Assembly (NCBI GenBank): GCA_963834385.1
Contig: CAWIBO010000001.1
Location: 64,001-128,000 of the forward strand
Direction: 5' to 3'
DNA: 64,000 nt
Source of the DNA: an uncultured Verrucomicrobiae bacterium
Lineage (GTDB): Bacteria; Verrucomicrobiota; Verrucomicrobiia; Chthoniobacterales; UBA10450
Shown: piece by piece, positions 9,461-18,178 of the stretch
Numbering within the stretch: position 1 is the stretch's first letter
Layout: the number at the start of each line of letters is the position of its first letter
Made by a program: the position numbers and the translations under genes
The notes under the pieces: model-generated
Told to the model about the DNA's origin: nothing
Seen by the model: only the letters and a program-made list of their open reading frames with translations
Databases searched by the model: none

Positions 9461-12055
9461 ATGGCGCGGGCACGAAAGGTGAAGAAGGATTCGCTGCCGG
9501 GGCTGCTCCATCCCCGCCTGGCTTCGTGGCTGGCGAAGACTTTCGAGCGGCCCACGCCGGCGCAGGAGCTTTGCGTGCCGTCGATTCTCGCGGGAGAATC
9601 GATCCTGCTCACTTCGCCCACGGGAAGCGGCAAAACCCTCGCTGGTTTTCTGGGCGTTTTCGATCATCTGCTCCGCGCGCTCGACCGTGGCCCGCTCCCG
9701 CCCGGCGTCCATTGCATTTACGTCTCTCCCCTGCGCGCCCTGGCCTACGATATCGGCAAGAACCTGCGCGCCCCCATCGTCGGCCTCGGCCTGGAAAAGG
9801 AACTCGGGGTGCATCTTCGCACCGGCGATACCACGGCCGGCGAACGGGCAAAATTTCGTCGGCGGCCCTCCCCTTTTCTCGTGACCACGCCCGAGAGTCT
9901 CGCCGTTCTGCTGGCGCAGGCTGATTACGCTCCGCACCTGGCCGCCTGCCGCTTTGTCATTGTCGATGAACTGCATTCCTTTGCAGGGAACAAGCGCGGC
10001 GCCGACCTCAGCATTTCGCTGGAACGCCTCGAGGATCTGCGCGCCCGCGCCGCACCCGACGGTGGGCCGCTCTGCCGGGTGGGCCTTTCCGCCACCGCCG
10101 CTCCCCTCGATCTTCTGGCTTCCTTTCTCGCCGGGGTCGATCGCCCCTGTCGCGTGGCCGAGGCCCGGGTGGAAAAAAAAACGATCGTGGAGGTTTTCTC
10201 GCCCATCCGCCGCAAACCGTATCCGCCGGCCGGTTATACCGGGTCGCGTCTTTATGCGGAACTGGCCGAACTGGTCAGGTCCCGCCGCTCGGTCCTGGTT
10301 TTCACCAATGTCCGCTCGGCCGCGGAGCAGCTTGGGCTTCGCCTGAAGGAGCTGCTCCCAGATCTCGCCGACAAGATCGAGATTCATCATGCCTCGCTCG
10401 ACCGCAGCGTCCGGCTCGAGGTGGAGGACCGGCTCAAGGACGGCGAACTCCGCGCGGTGGTCTGTTCCACCAGCCTGGAGATGGGGATCGACATTGGCGC
10501 GGTTGATCTCGTGGTCATGGTGGCGACACCCAAGGGGGTCTCGCGCGCCCTCCAGCGCATCGGACGCTCCGGTCATTCGCTGAACCAGACCAGCCATGGC
10601 GTCCTTGTCGCCACCAACATCAACGACCTCGCTGAGGCCACGGTCACGGCCCGGCTGGTGCGCGAACGCGCCCTCGACCCGATCAAACTGCAGGACAAGC
10701 CGTTCGATGTCGTGGCCCAGCACGTGGTGGGGATGGCGGCGATGGCTCCTGTCGCCAGCGAGCATGCGTTCCGGGTCATTACCCGGGCCTTTCCCTTTCG
10801 CGAGCTCTCTCCCCACGAGTTCGACCGCATTGTTCGTTACCTCGCGGGAGGCGGAGAAGCGCTGGAGAAGCAATATGCCGGCGTCTTCGGCAAGATCGCG
10901 CTGACCGATGGGATGATCTCGCTCGCCCATCCCCGGGTCGCGCGCGAATTCCTCGTGAACATCGGCACCATCCATGCCGAGGGCTATGTTGATGTCCTCC
11001 TGAACCGGCGCCGCCTCGGTTCGGTCGAGGAAAATTTCATCAAGCAACTTCAGTTGGGTGATCTTTTTGTCCTCGGCGGCCGCGTTCTCCGCCTGGTCGA
11101 GACCGGGGTGCAGGAGGCGCACGTGGAACGGGCCGACGGGCAGCTTCCCACCATCCCGCGCTGGAACGCCGCCAAGATGCCGCTCACATCCGGCCTGGCC
11201 CAGGCCGTGCGCCGTCTCCGGTCGGAGCTGGACGAACGTCTTCGCCGAAACCCGGCGGACGTCGTCACGACCGACTGGCTGGTGGAGCAGTACCACCTTT
11301 CCACCGCCAACGCGCAGGCCATCGTCGAACAGTTTCGCGCGCAGCTGGTCGTTTCGGAAATTCCCGTTGAAGGGCGCATGCTGGTCGAGCTTTATCGCGA
11401 GGAGGAAACCTTCTCGCACTATTTCTTCCACTCCCTCATCGGCCGCAGCGGCAACGACGCTCTCTCCCGCATCGTGGCCTGGCGGGTGAAACAGCGCATC
11501 GGCGGCAACGCTCTGGTCACCATCGACGACTACGGTTTCCTTCTTACCCTGCGTCCCTTCCAGGAACTGACCCTTGAAGACTGGCGGCTCTGTTTCGAGC
11601 GCGAAGGGGCGGAGGAGGACCTGCATGCGGCCCTGCGCGGGTCAGAGCTGGTGAAATGGCAGTTTCGCGGCGTGGCCCAGACCGGCCTGATGGTTCCGCG
11701 CAATTATCCCGGCCGGGAAAGAAAACGAAAGCAGCTTAACTGGAGCGCCGAAGTGCTCTTCCGGGTGCTGGAGCAGCATGAGCCGGGGCATCCGCTGCTG
11801 GAAGAGGCGTATCGCCAGGCCACGCACACGTTCCTCGAAATCGAGGCGGCCACGGCGTTTCTCGACCGGGTCCAGGATTACCGCTGGCGGCTGCTCGAGC
11901 TGCCCGTGATCTCGCCCTTCTCCTTCTCCATCTATGCCAGCAAGATCAAGGAGACCATGATGCTGGAGGATCCGGCCACGGCGGTGGAACGCATTTACCG
12001 CGAGATGTACGCGCGGGTGGAGGAACTGGCCGGGAAGGTCTCGGTTTCCAAGTGA
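9461..12055 (+). CDS. lhr: Lhr-core ATP-dependent SF2 helicase
   Basis: SPTGSGKT, YVSPLRALAYD, TTPESL, IVDELH, GLSAT, HHASL, TSLEMGID, QRIGRSGH; ~864 aa. Confidence 0.9.
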   Translation: MARARKVKKDSLPGLLHPRLASWLAKTFERPTPAQELCVPSILAGESILLTSPTGSGKTLAGFLGVFDHLLRALDRGPLPPGVHCIYVSPLRALAYDIGKNLRAPIVGLGLEKELGVHLRTGDTTAGERAKFRRRPSPFLVTTPESLAVLLAQADYAPHLAACRFVIVDELHSFAGNKRGADLSISLERLEDLRARAAPDGGPLCRVGLSATAAPLDLLASFLAGVDRPCRVAEARVEKKTIVEVFSPIRRKPYPPAGYTGSRLYAELAELVRSRRSVLVFTNVRSAAEQLGLRLKELLPDLADKIEIHHASLDRSVRLEVEDRLKDGELRAVVCSTSLEMGIDIGAVDLVVMVATPKGVSRALQRIGRSGHSLNQTSHGVLVATNINDLAEATVTARLVRERALDPIKLQDKPFDVVAQHVVGMAAMAPVASEHAFRVITRAFPFRELSPHEFDRIVRYLAGGGEALEKQYAGVFGKIALTDGMISLAHPRVAREFLVNIGTIHAEGYVDVLLNRRRLGSVEENFIKQLQLGDLFVLGGRVLRLVETGVQEAHVERADGQLPTIPRWNAAKMPLTSGLAQAVRRLRSELDERLRRNPADVVTTDWLVEQYHLSTANAQAIVEQFRAQLVVSEIPVEGRMLVELYREEETFSHYFFHSLIGRSGNDALSRIVAWRVKQRIGGNALVTIDDYGFLLTLRPFQELTLEDWRLCFEREGAEEDLHAALRGSELVKWQFRGVAQTGLMVPRNYPGRERKRKQLNWSAEVLFRVLEQHEPGHPLLEEAYRQATHTFLEIEAATAFLDRVQDYRWRLLELPVISPFSFSIYASKIKETMMLEDPATAVERIYREMYARVEELAGKVSVSK

Positions 12056-12096
12056 ACCCGGGCTGGCTCGGCCGCTCCGATCCGCTGCCAGGCCGC

Positions 12097-12137
12097 GAAA
12101 ACCAGAAAGGGGCAGGTCTTTCGACCCACCCCTTTCC
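12097..12137 (-). terminator. Intrinsic terminator after pilC (possibly bidirectional)
   Basis: Minus strand GAAAGGGG-tg-GGTC-GAAA-GACC-tg-CCCCTTTC followed by TGGTTTT. Confidence 0.7.
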
Positions 12138-12175
12138 GTCCATGAGCAGCTTCTCCTTAGCTTTTGCTCTGAAAT

Positions 12176-13399
12176 TTAGTTCTTACTCTGCGAAACCACT
12201 TCGTTGAGCTTGAAGATCGGCAGGAACATCGCGATGACGATGCCGCCCACGATCACGCCGAGGAAGACGATTAGCATCGGCTCGATCAGCGAGGTCAGGG
12301 CGTCGAGCATGGCCTCAATCTCCTCATCCCAAAAGTCCGCCATCTTCTCCAGCATGGTGTCGATCTTGCCGGTGGCCTCGCCCGCCGCCACCATGCGCAG
12401 CATCATGGGCGGAAACACGGGCTGTTTGGAAAGCGCCACGGAGAGGTTGTCCCCTTTCTCCACGTCCGAGCTCACCACCTTGACGCTGCTCTCAACCACA
12501 TGATTGCCGGAAGTCGCACCCACGATATCGAGCACCTCGAGGATCGGGACACCGCTGCGAATCAGCTGGGCGAAAGTGCGGGCGAAGCGCGACATGCAGA
12601 TCTTGTGCACGAGCGGCCCGAAGACCGGGAGTTTCAGCTTCCATTTGTCGCCAAACTGCCGCCCGGCTTTGGTCCGGAGAAAATAACGAATGCCGAAGAT
12701 GGCGCCGAAGAGTGCGAAGGCGAGGAAATACCACTGCCCGCGAATGAACTCGCTCATGTCGATCAGGAACTGGGTGGGCGCCGGGAGCTTGGCGCCGAAG
12801 TCCTTGAAGATCTCGCCGAAGATCGGAACGACCTTGACGATAAGGAAAGTGGTGATGGCAAAGGCGATGCAGATCACGATGACCGGGTAGGTCATGGCGG
12901 ACTTCACCTTTTTGCGCAGGCGGGCGCTGGCTTCGAGGAAGCCGGCCAGGCGATCCAGGATCTCCGCGAGGAGACCACCCTGTTCGCCCGCCTTGATCAT
13001 GCTGCAATAAAGACGACTGAAGACGCGCGGATGCTTGGAGATCGCCTCGGTCATGGTCTCGCCCGACTGGATGGCGGTGGTGACCTCGCTCACGACCTGG
13101 CGGAGGTTGCGCTGCCGTTTCGGGTCGCATTGCTCGTAGAGGGCGGTCATGGCCTGGACGAGCGAGATGCCAGCCTCGACCATGGTGGAGAGCTGGCGGG
13201 TGAAAAGGACGAGGTCCGTTTCCTTAACACTTACATTTTTCTTGCGCGTTTTGCCGGCGGCGGCCTTTTTCTGGAGGGAGAGGACCATGAGACCGCGACC
13301 CATAAGGGCGCTGATGGCATTGTCCTCGTTCAGGGCGTCGTGGAGACCGGAGACGATTTTACCGGAGGTATCCCGGGCTTGGTAGGAGAAGGTAATCAT
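12176..13399 (-). CDS. pilC: Type IV pilus / T2SS platform protein (GspF/PilC family)
   Basis: FTRQLSTMVEAGISL, AGEQGGLL, KVKSAMTYP, SGVPILEVL, GEATGKID, LIEP. Start MITFSYQARD at 13399. Confidence 0.92.
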   Translation of the reverse strand: MITFSYQARDTSGKIVSGLHDALNEDNAISALMGRGLMVLSLQKKAAAGKTRKKNVSVKETDLVLFTRQLSTMVEAGISLVQAMTALYEQCDPKRQRNLRQVVSEVTTAIQSGETMTEAISKHPRVFSRLYCSMIKAGEQGGLLAEILDRLAGFLEASARLRKKVKSAMTYPVIVICIAFAITTFLIVKVVPIFGEIFKDFGAKLPAPTQFLIDMSEFIRGQWYFLAFALFGAIFGIRYFLRTKAGRQFGDKWKLKLPVFGPLVHKICMSRFARTFAQLIRSGVPILEVLDIVGATSGNHVVESSVKVVSSDVEKGDNLSVALSKQPVFPPMMLRMVAAGEATGKIDTMLEKMADFWDEEIEAMLDALTSLIEPMLIVFLGVIVGGIVIAMFLPIFKLNEVVSQSKN

Positions 13400-13420
13400 G
13401 AGATTTCTTAGAATCACCAT

Positions 13421-13436
13421 AGCAGCTAGAATGCCA
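13421..13436 (-). promoter_or_regulatory. Putative sigma54 (-24/-12) promoter of pilC
   Basis: TGGCAT-TCTAG-CTGCT with GG-N10-GC spacing, ~22 nt upstream of the ATG. Confidence 0.55.
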
Positions 13437-13456
13437 ACGGACCGGGCCCTCTGACA

Positions 13457-14059
13457 ATGTCCTCCCCCACCGAGTTTCACCGGCTCTCCCCCACCCTCGC
13501 CCTCTGGCATCGCTATGATCCCCCGGTGAAAACCGACCTTTTTTCCTCGGCCACACGCCTCGGACGGGGCTGGCTTGCCGTCGATCCTTCCTCCCCCTGG
13601 CCCCCTGAGTTGGAGGAACTTCCGGGCCCATGGGTCGGCGCCGTGGTCACCAATTCCAATCATGGCCGGGCGGCCCATTCCTTTGCCGGGCACCACCATT
13701 GCCCGGTGTTCGCCTCCGCCGCGGCGGCGGAGGAAGGGGGACTGGGCGAGGTCACCCTCCTGGAAGGGCGAACCCAGATCGAAAACGAGGTCGAAGTGAT
13801 CCCGCTGGAAGGAGCGGCCCCGGGGGAAGTGGCGCTCTTCCACGCCGGGCAGCGGCTCCTGATCCTGGGCGACGCCGTGATCAATGCGGAGCCTTATGGT
13901 TTCTCCCTGCTTCCGGCCCGCTATTGCACCAACGCGCGAAGGCTCCGCGAGAGTCTTCTCCCGCTCCTCGACCACGACTTCGACATCCTCGTGTTTGCCC
14001 ATGGCCATCCCGTCATGTCACACGCGCGCGATCGCCTCAGAAACCTGCTCGTCCAATGA
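13457..14059 (+). CDS. Metallo-beta-lactamase-fold protein with degenerate metal motif
   Basis: AVDP, VVTNSNHGR (in place of THxHxDH), LILGDA, VFAHG; ATGA overlap with the next gene. Confidence 0.7.
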   Translation: MSSPTEFHRLSPTLALWHRYDPPVKTDLFSSATRLGRGWLAVDPSSPWPPELEELPGPWVGAVVTNSNHGRAAHSFAGHHHCPVFASAAAAEEGGLGEVTLLEGRTQIENEVEVIPLEGAAPGEVALFHAGQRLLILGDAVINAEPYGFSLLPARYCTNARRLRESLLPLLDHDFDILVFAHGHPVMSHARDRLRNLLVQ

Positions 14060-14919
14060 GTCCAATTGCGCCCGCCGGACCGGCCTTGGTCCGCCTGCTT
14101 CGGCTGGTCCGTTTCTCCCACACCATCTTCGCGCTTCCCTTTGCCCTCGGCGCCCTTCTGGTCGCCACCGGCGGCCGTCCTTCCCTGCGCCTTCTTCTCC
14201 TGGTCCTGGCTTGCATGGTCACAGCCCGGACCGCCGCCATGCTTTTCAATCGCGTGGCCGACTGGTCGTTCGACCAGCGGAACCCCCGCACGAGCAACCG
14301 GCAGCATCTTGCGAGTCGGCGGACGGCGGTCATCATGCTGGCGGGCAGCAGCCTGGCCTTCCTGGTCTGCGCGGCCGCGATCAACCGGCTGACCCTGCTG
14401 CTGGCGCCGGTCGCCCTGGCGATTGTCTTTTTCTATTCGCTGACCAAACGCTTCACCGCGGCCAGCCATTTCTTTCTCGGGCTGGCCCTGGCCGTGGCCC
14501 CGGTCGGGGCCTGGATCGCCGCCACGGGCGCGGTGGCCCTGCCCCCGCTCGTCCTGGGATTCGGCGTCCTTTGCTGGGTGGCCGGCTTTGATCTGATCTA
14601 CGCCACGCAGGACGCGGAGTTCGATCGGCGGGAGGGCCTCCATTCTTTGGTCGTGCGTCTCGGGATTCCCGCCAGCCTGCTTTTCGCGCAAATCCTGCAC
14701 CTGGGAATGTTCCTTTGTCTTGTTCTCTTCGGCATCGTCAGCCCTTTTCTTGGCGCGATCTACTTCAGCGGCCTGGGCCTTGTCGCGGTGGCCCTGGTTT
14801 TTGAACATCGCGCCGCCGGCCAGTCCGATCTTGCCGCCATCAACCGCGCCTTTTTTCAGAGCAACGCTTTTGTCAGCGTCGTCTTTCTCGTGGCGGTGGC
14901 AGCCGATGTGTGGCTTTAG
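14056..14919 (+). CDS. ubiA: UbiA-family prenyltransferase (MqnP-like)
   Basis: FSHTIFALPFA, RTAAMLFNRVADWSFDQRNPRT, YSLTKRFT, GFDLIYATQDAEFD; many TM helices. Confidence 0.88.
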   Translation: MSPIAPAGPALVRLLRLVRFSHTIFALPFALGALLVATGGRPSLRLLLLVLACMVTARTAAMLFNRVADWSFDQRNPRTSNRQHLASRRTAVIMLAGSSLAFLVCAAAINRLTLLLAPVALAIVFFYSLTKRFTAASHFFLGLALAVAPVGAWIAATGAVALPPLVLGFGVLCWVAGFDLIYATQDAEFDRREGLHSLVVRLGIPASLLFAQILHLGMFLCLVLFGIVSPFLGAIYFSGLGLVAVALVFEHRAAGQSDLAAINRAFFQSNAFVSVVFLVAVAADVWL

Positions 14920-15023
14920 GACGCTTTTCTGAATCCGGCCCGGCCGGGACGGACGCTGTGGCGTGCGCCGTCTCCGGAGCGCTTGGGCTTGCGTCGCCTT
15001 TTTTTCTTTCTAACCCAAAGTGC

Positions 15024-15068
15024 GTTCGGGCGAGACGCCCGAACCGGCGGGCGGGACGCCCACCCTAC
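15024..15068 (-). repeat. REP-like element (GTAG + palindrome) with a second hairpin
   Basis: Minus strand GTAG-GGTGGGCG-TCC-CGCCCGCC-G-GTTCGGGCG-TCT-CGCCCGAAC; the GTAG includes the rpiB TAG stop. Confidence 0.6.
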
Positions 15069-15502
15069 CCGGGAGTGGACTCGAGCTGCTCGATGCGGCG
15101 GGTGTGCCGGCCGCCTTCAAAATCGGTGGCGAGCCAGACGCGCACGATCTGGAGGGCGACCTCTTCCTGGACGAGGCGCTGACCCAGGGAAAGAACATTG
15201 GCGTCATTGTGTTCCCGGGCGAGCCGCGCGCTTTCGACATTCCAGCAGAGGGAGCAGCGGACGCCGCGCACTTTGTTTGCCGCCATGGCCTCACCGTTGC
15301 CCGATCCCCCGAAGACGATGGCGCGGTCGCATTCGCCGGCCGGGACGGAGGCGGCGGCCGGCCGCACAAAAACGGGGTAATCGACCGGCTCTTCGCTGTT
15401 CGTGCCGAAATCTTTCACCTCGTGCCCGAGCGATGCGAGCAACCCTTTCACCTTTTCCTTCAGGTGAAACCCGGCGTGGTCCGTGCCCAGGGCGATCTTC
15501 AT
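15065..15502 (-). CDS. rpiB: Ribose-5-phosphate isomerase B
   Basis: GTDHAG, VDYP, GGSGNGE, ANKVRGVR, HNDANVL, FEGGRH. Confidence 0.96.
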   Translation of the reverse strand: MKIALGTDHAGFHLKEKVKGLLASLGHEVKDFGTNSEEPVDYPVFVRPAAASVPAGECDRAIVFGGSGNGEAMAANKVRGVRCSLCWNVESARLAREHNDANVLSLGQRLVQEEVALQIVRVWLATDFEGGRHTRRIEQLESTPG

Positions 15503-15559
15503 GAGGCAGAACTTAGGATGAATGCGCCGTAGGCCAAGCCCGCATGTTCCGAGCGCCCG

Positions 15560-16519
15560 TCATTCCGGCTGGATCCGCCCCAGTTCCTCCCAGAGCTCCC
15601 GTTCCCGGGCGGAGAGAGCGCGCGGCACCACGATCTGCGCCTCGACATAAAGATGGCCGCGACGCCCGGCGGCCGAGGGCAGCCCGCGCTCCCGCAGGCG
15701 AAAACGCTGTCCTCCCTGAGTGCCGGCCGGCACCTTCAACTTCACCTCGCCCTCCAGCGTCGGCACAAGCAGTTCCGCCCCGAGGGCCGCCTGCCAGGGA
15801 TGGACGCGCGCCTCGTAAACAAGGTCACTCCCCTCCACGGTAAAGTCCGGGTGCCGCGCCAGCCTGACGCGCAGGAAAAGGTCGCCGCTTTTTCCGCCCC
15901 CCATGCCCGCTTCACCCTGTCCCGCCAGCCGGATGCGCTGTCCTTCATGCACACCTTTCGGAATCTTGACCTGGTAGGTCTCGATCTTCTGCGCCCCGCC
16001 CCGCCGCAACGAGACGGTGCGAGTGGAGCCAAGCAACGCTTCCTCGAGCGTAACCATGATGTCCGCCTCGACATCGCTGCCCCGCTCGGCCATGGGGGCG
16101 CCGCCGCCATAACCGCCAAAGGCGGACCTCCCGCGGCCGCCACCGAAGAACGCCTCGAAAAAATCGCTGAACCCGGTGCCGCCGAACTCGAATTCCACCC
16201 CGCCGCCATTCGCGCCCCCAAAACCACCGGGAAAGCCGCCGGCGCCGGCCCCGCCGCTCCATCCAGGAGGCGCCTGGTACCCGCCGGGCTGGTTCCAGTT
16301 CGCGCCGAGATCGTCATACTTGCTCCGTTTAACCGGATCGCTCAGGACCTCGTAGGCTTCGTTGATCTGCTTAAACTTCTCCTCTGCCGCGCCCTTGTCC
16401 TTGGCCACGTCCGGGTGGTATTGCCGCGCCAGTTTCCGGAAGGCACTCCGAATCTCGTCGGCCGTAGCCGTTTTCGACACCCCCAGCGTCTCGTAATAAT
16501 CCCGGAATTGCACGGCCAT
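15560..16519 (-). CDS. cbpA: DnaJ class B / CbpA-like co-chaperone
   Basis: J-domain with HPD, G/F-rich linker, DnaJ C-terminal domain, no CxxCxGxG zinc finger. Confidence 0.9.
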   Translation of the reverse strand: MAVQFRDYYETLGVSKTATADEIRSAFRKLARQYHPDVAKDKGAAEEKFKQINEAYEVLSDPVKRSKYDDLGANWNQPGGYQAPPGWSGGAGAGGFPGGFGGANGGGVEFEFGGTGFSDFFEAFFGGGRGRSAFGGYGGGAPMAERGSDVEADIMVTLEEALLGSTRTVSLRRGGAQKIETYQVKIPKGVHEGQRIRLAGQGEAGMGGGKSGDLFLRVRLARHPDFTVEGSDLVYEARVHPWQAALGAELLVPTLEGEVKLKVPAGTQGGQRFRLRERGLPSAAGRRGHLYVEAQIVVPRALSARERELWEELGRIQPE

Positions 16520-16553
16520 GGCGGAAGCAAGGTTCCAAAAGGGAGCTCATTCC

Positions 16554-16582
16554 GCAACTTCTCCGGCCGCCCGCGGTTGAAA
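16554..16582 (+). promoter_or_regulatory. Possible ECF-sigma promoter for the Spy/CpxP gene
   Basis: GCAAC-N17-GTTGAA, then GAGGAG SD and ATG 16590. Confidence 0.4.
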
Positions 16583-16589
16583 GAGGAGT

Positions 16590-17120
16590 ATGAACAAACC
16601 TAAACTTTTCATCTTCGCCCTCGTTCTTTCTCTCGGGATCGCCGTCCCGGCCGGCCAGGCTGCCGACCCAACTGCGGCACCGGACAAGAAAATCGCCAGG
16701 GAGGGGGGACCCGGCCACCGCCACGGTAAAGAGGGCGGCTTTCGCGGGGGACGCGGGCACCGCGGAATCATGGCCAAGCTGGGGGCTCTCGATGTCTCCG
16801 ACGCGCAGCGCGAACAAATCCGCGGCGTGTTGAAGGAATCGCGGCCCAACATGCGACCGCTCATGAAGCAGTACATGCAGGAGCGCCGGGCCTTGCGTGA
16901 AGCCATCCAGGCCACCCCGGTCAACGAAGCCGCCATCCGGGCGCAATCCGCCCGGGTGTCGCAGGTCAAGACCGAGCTCGACATCAAGCGCGCGCACATG
17001 TCGCAGCGCATCCGCGCCGCTCTCACGCCCGAGCAGGTGGAGAAACTCCGGAACATGGAAGGTCGCTTCGACAAGCGGATGGACGCCATGGCCGAGCGGA
17101 TGGAGGAAAACGAGGAATAA
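16590..17120 (+). CDS. Spy/CpxP family periplasmic chaperone
   Basis: Signal peptide, G/H/R-rich segment, VSDAQREQI and LTPEQ (LTxxQ) motifs. Confidence 0.88.
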   Translation: MNKPKLFIFALVLSLGIAVPAGQAADPTAAPDKKIAREGGPGHRHGKEGGFRGGRGHRGIMAKLGALDVSDAQREQIRGVLKESRPNMRPLMKQYMQERRALREAIQATPVNEAAIRAQSARVSQVKTELDIKRAHMSQRIRAALTPEQVEKLRNMEGRFDKRMDAMAERMEENEE

Positions 17121-17144
17121 TCCGGCACTCGCTGTCGGCAGGAG

Positions 17145-17177
17145 GGGCGGTCCCAAGGGGCCGCCCTTTTCTTTTTT
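17145..17177 (+). terminator. Intrinsic terminator
   Basis: GGGCGGTCCC-AA-GGGGCCGCCC followed by TTTTCTTTTTT. Confidence 0.85.
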
Positions 17178-17209
17178 GCGGGGACCCGGTTTTCGCCAAA
17201 GACTGACGC

Positions 17210-17422
17210 ATGCCCGAGCTCGGCAAACTTCTGGTTTTGGCCGGCGGCCTCCTCACGCTGCTCGGACTTCTTCTCTGGAGCGGGGTGGGTTCCGGCTGGC
17301 TGGGACGGCTGCCTGGCGACATCCGCATCGACCGAGGCAGCAGCGGGTTCTACTTCCCGATCGTCACCTGCCTCGTCCTCAGCGTGCTTCTGAGCCTGCT
17401 CTTTTCCCTGTTCCGCCGATAG
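17210..17422 (+). CDS. DUF2905 small membrane protein
   Basis: LGRLPGDIRI...FYFPIVTCLVLS signature; two TM helices. Confidence 0.88.
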   Translation: MPELGKLLVLAGGLLTLLGLLLWSGVGSGWLGRLPGDIRIDRGSSGFYFPIVTCLVLSVLLSLLFSLFRR

Positions 17423-17428
17423 TCGCGC

Positions 17429-18064
17429 ATGGCGTCCCGCCGGAAATTTGTCCTCCTGGAAGACCATGTCGCACGGCTTCGGCAATGCCGTCGCTGTCCT
17501 CTTATGCGGCCCCCGCCGGTCTCCGGCGGTCCTGTTGTCAGCGAAATCATCCTGGTCGGGCAGGCGCCGGGCGTGCGCGAACCGGTGGTGGGCCGCCCTT
17601 TTGCCCATACGGCCGGGCGCACTCTTTTCCGTTGGTTTGAGGAATCGTGCGGACTCCCGGAAACCGTGGTGCGCGCTCGCATCTATTTCGCCGCGGTCTG
17701 CCGTTGTTTTCCCGGAAAGGCTGCGGCCGGAACTGACCGCGTCCCGAATCCCGCGGAGATCGCCAACTGCTCCGGTTGGCTGGATGAAGAAATCAGAATC
17801 CTCCGTCCCTCCCTCGTCCTCCCGGTGGGCCGGCTGGCCATTACCCAGTTCCTCCCGGCGGCCCCGCTGGCAGAACTGATTGGCCGCGGCTTCGCCGGGG
17901 AACGTGCCGGGCAAACCTTCGACGTAATTCCCCTGCCCCACCCCAGTGGGGCCTCGCCCTGGCACAAAATTCCCCCGGGGCGCGATCTCCTCGCCCGGGC
18001 GCTGCGGCGTCTGCGGCAGCATCCGGCCATGCGCGCGCTGCGAAAGGGGGAAGGCGCGGTCTAG
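17429..18064 (+). CDS. Uracil-DNA glycosylase superfamily protein
   Basis: CRRC, VGQAPG, CRCFPG, LPHPSGASPW. Confidence 0.88.
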   Translation: MASRRKFVLLEDHVARLRQCRRCPLMRPPPVSGGPVVSEIILVGQAPGVREPVVGRPFAHTAGRTLFRWFEESCGLPETVVRARIYFAAVCRCFPGKAAAGTDRVPNPAEIANCSGWLDEEIRILRPSLVLPVGRLAITQFLPAAPLAELIGRGFAGERAGQTFDVIPLPHPSGASPWHKIPPGRDLLARALRRLRQHPAMRALRKGEGAV

Positions 18065-18178
18065 GTTGTTCTGTCCCGGCTCGCGTGATCTTTTGATCGA
18101 GCACGTCCGGGAACGGAAAACAGGCGGCACGAGGCAGGTGAAACCGGCCGCCGTTGGAGCTACCGTCACGACCTGCCC

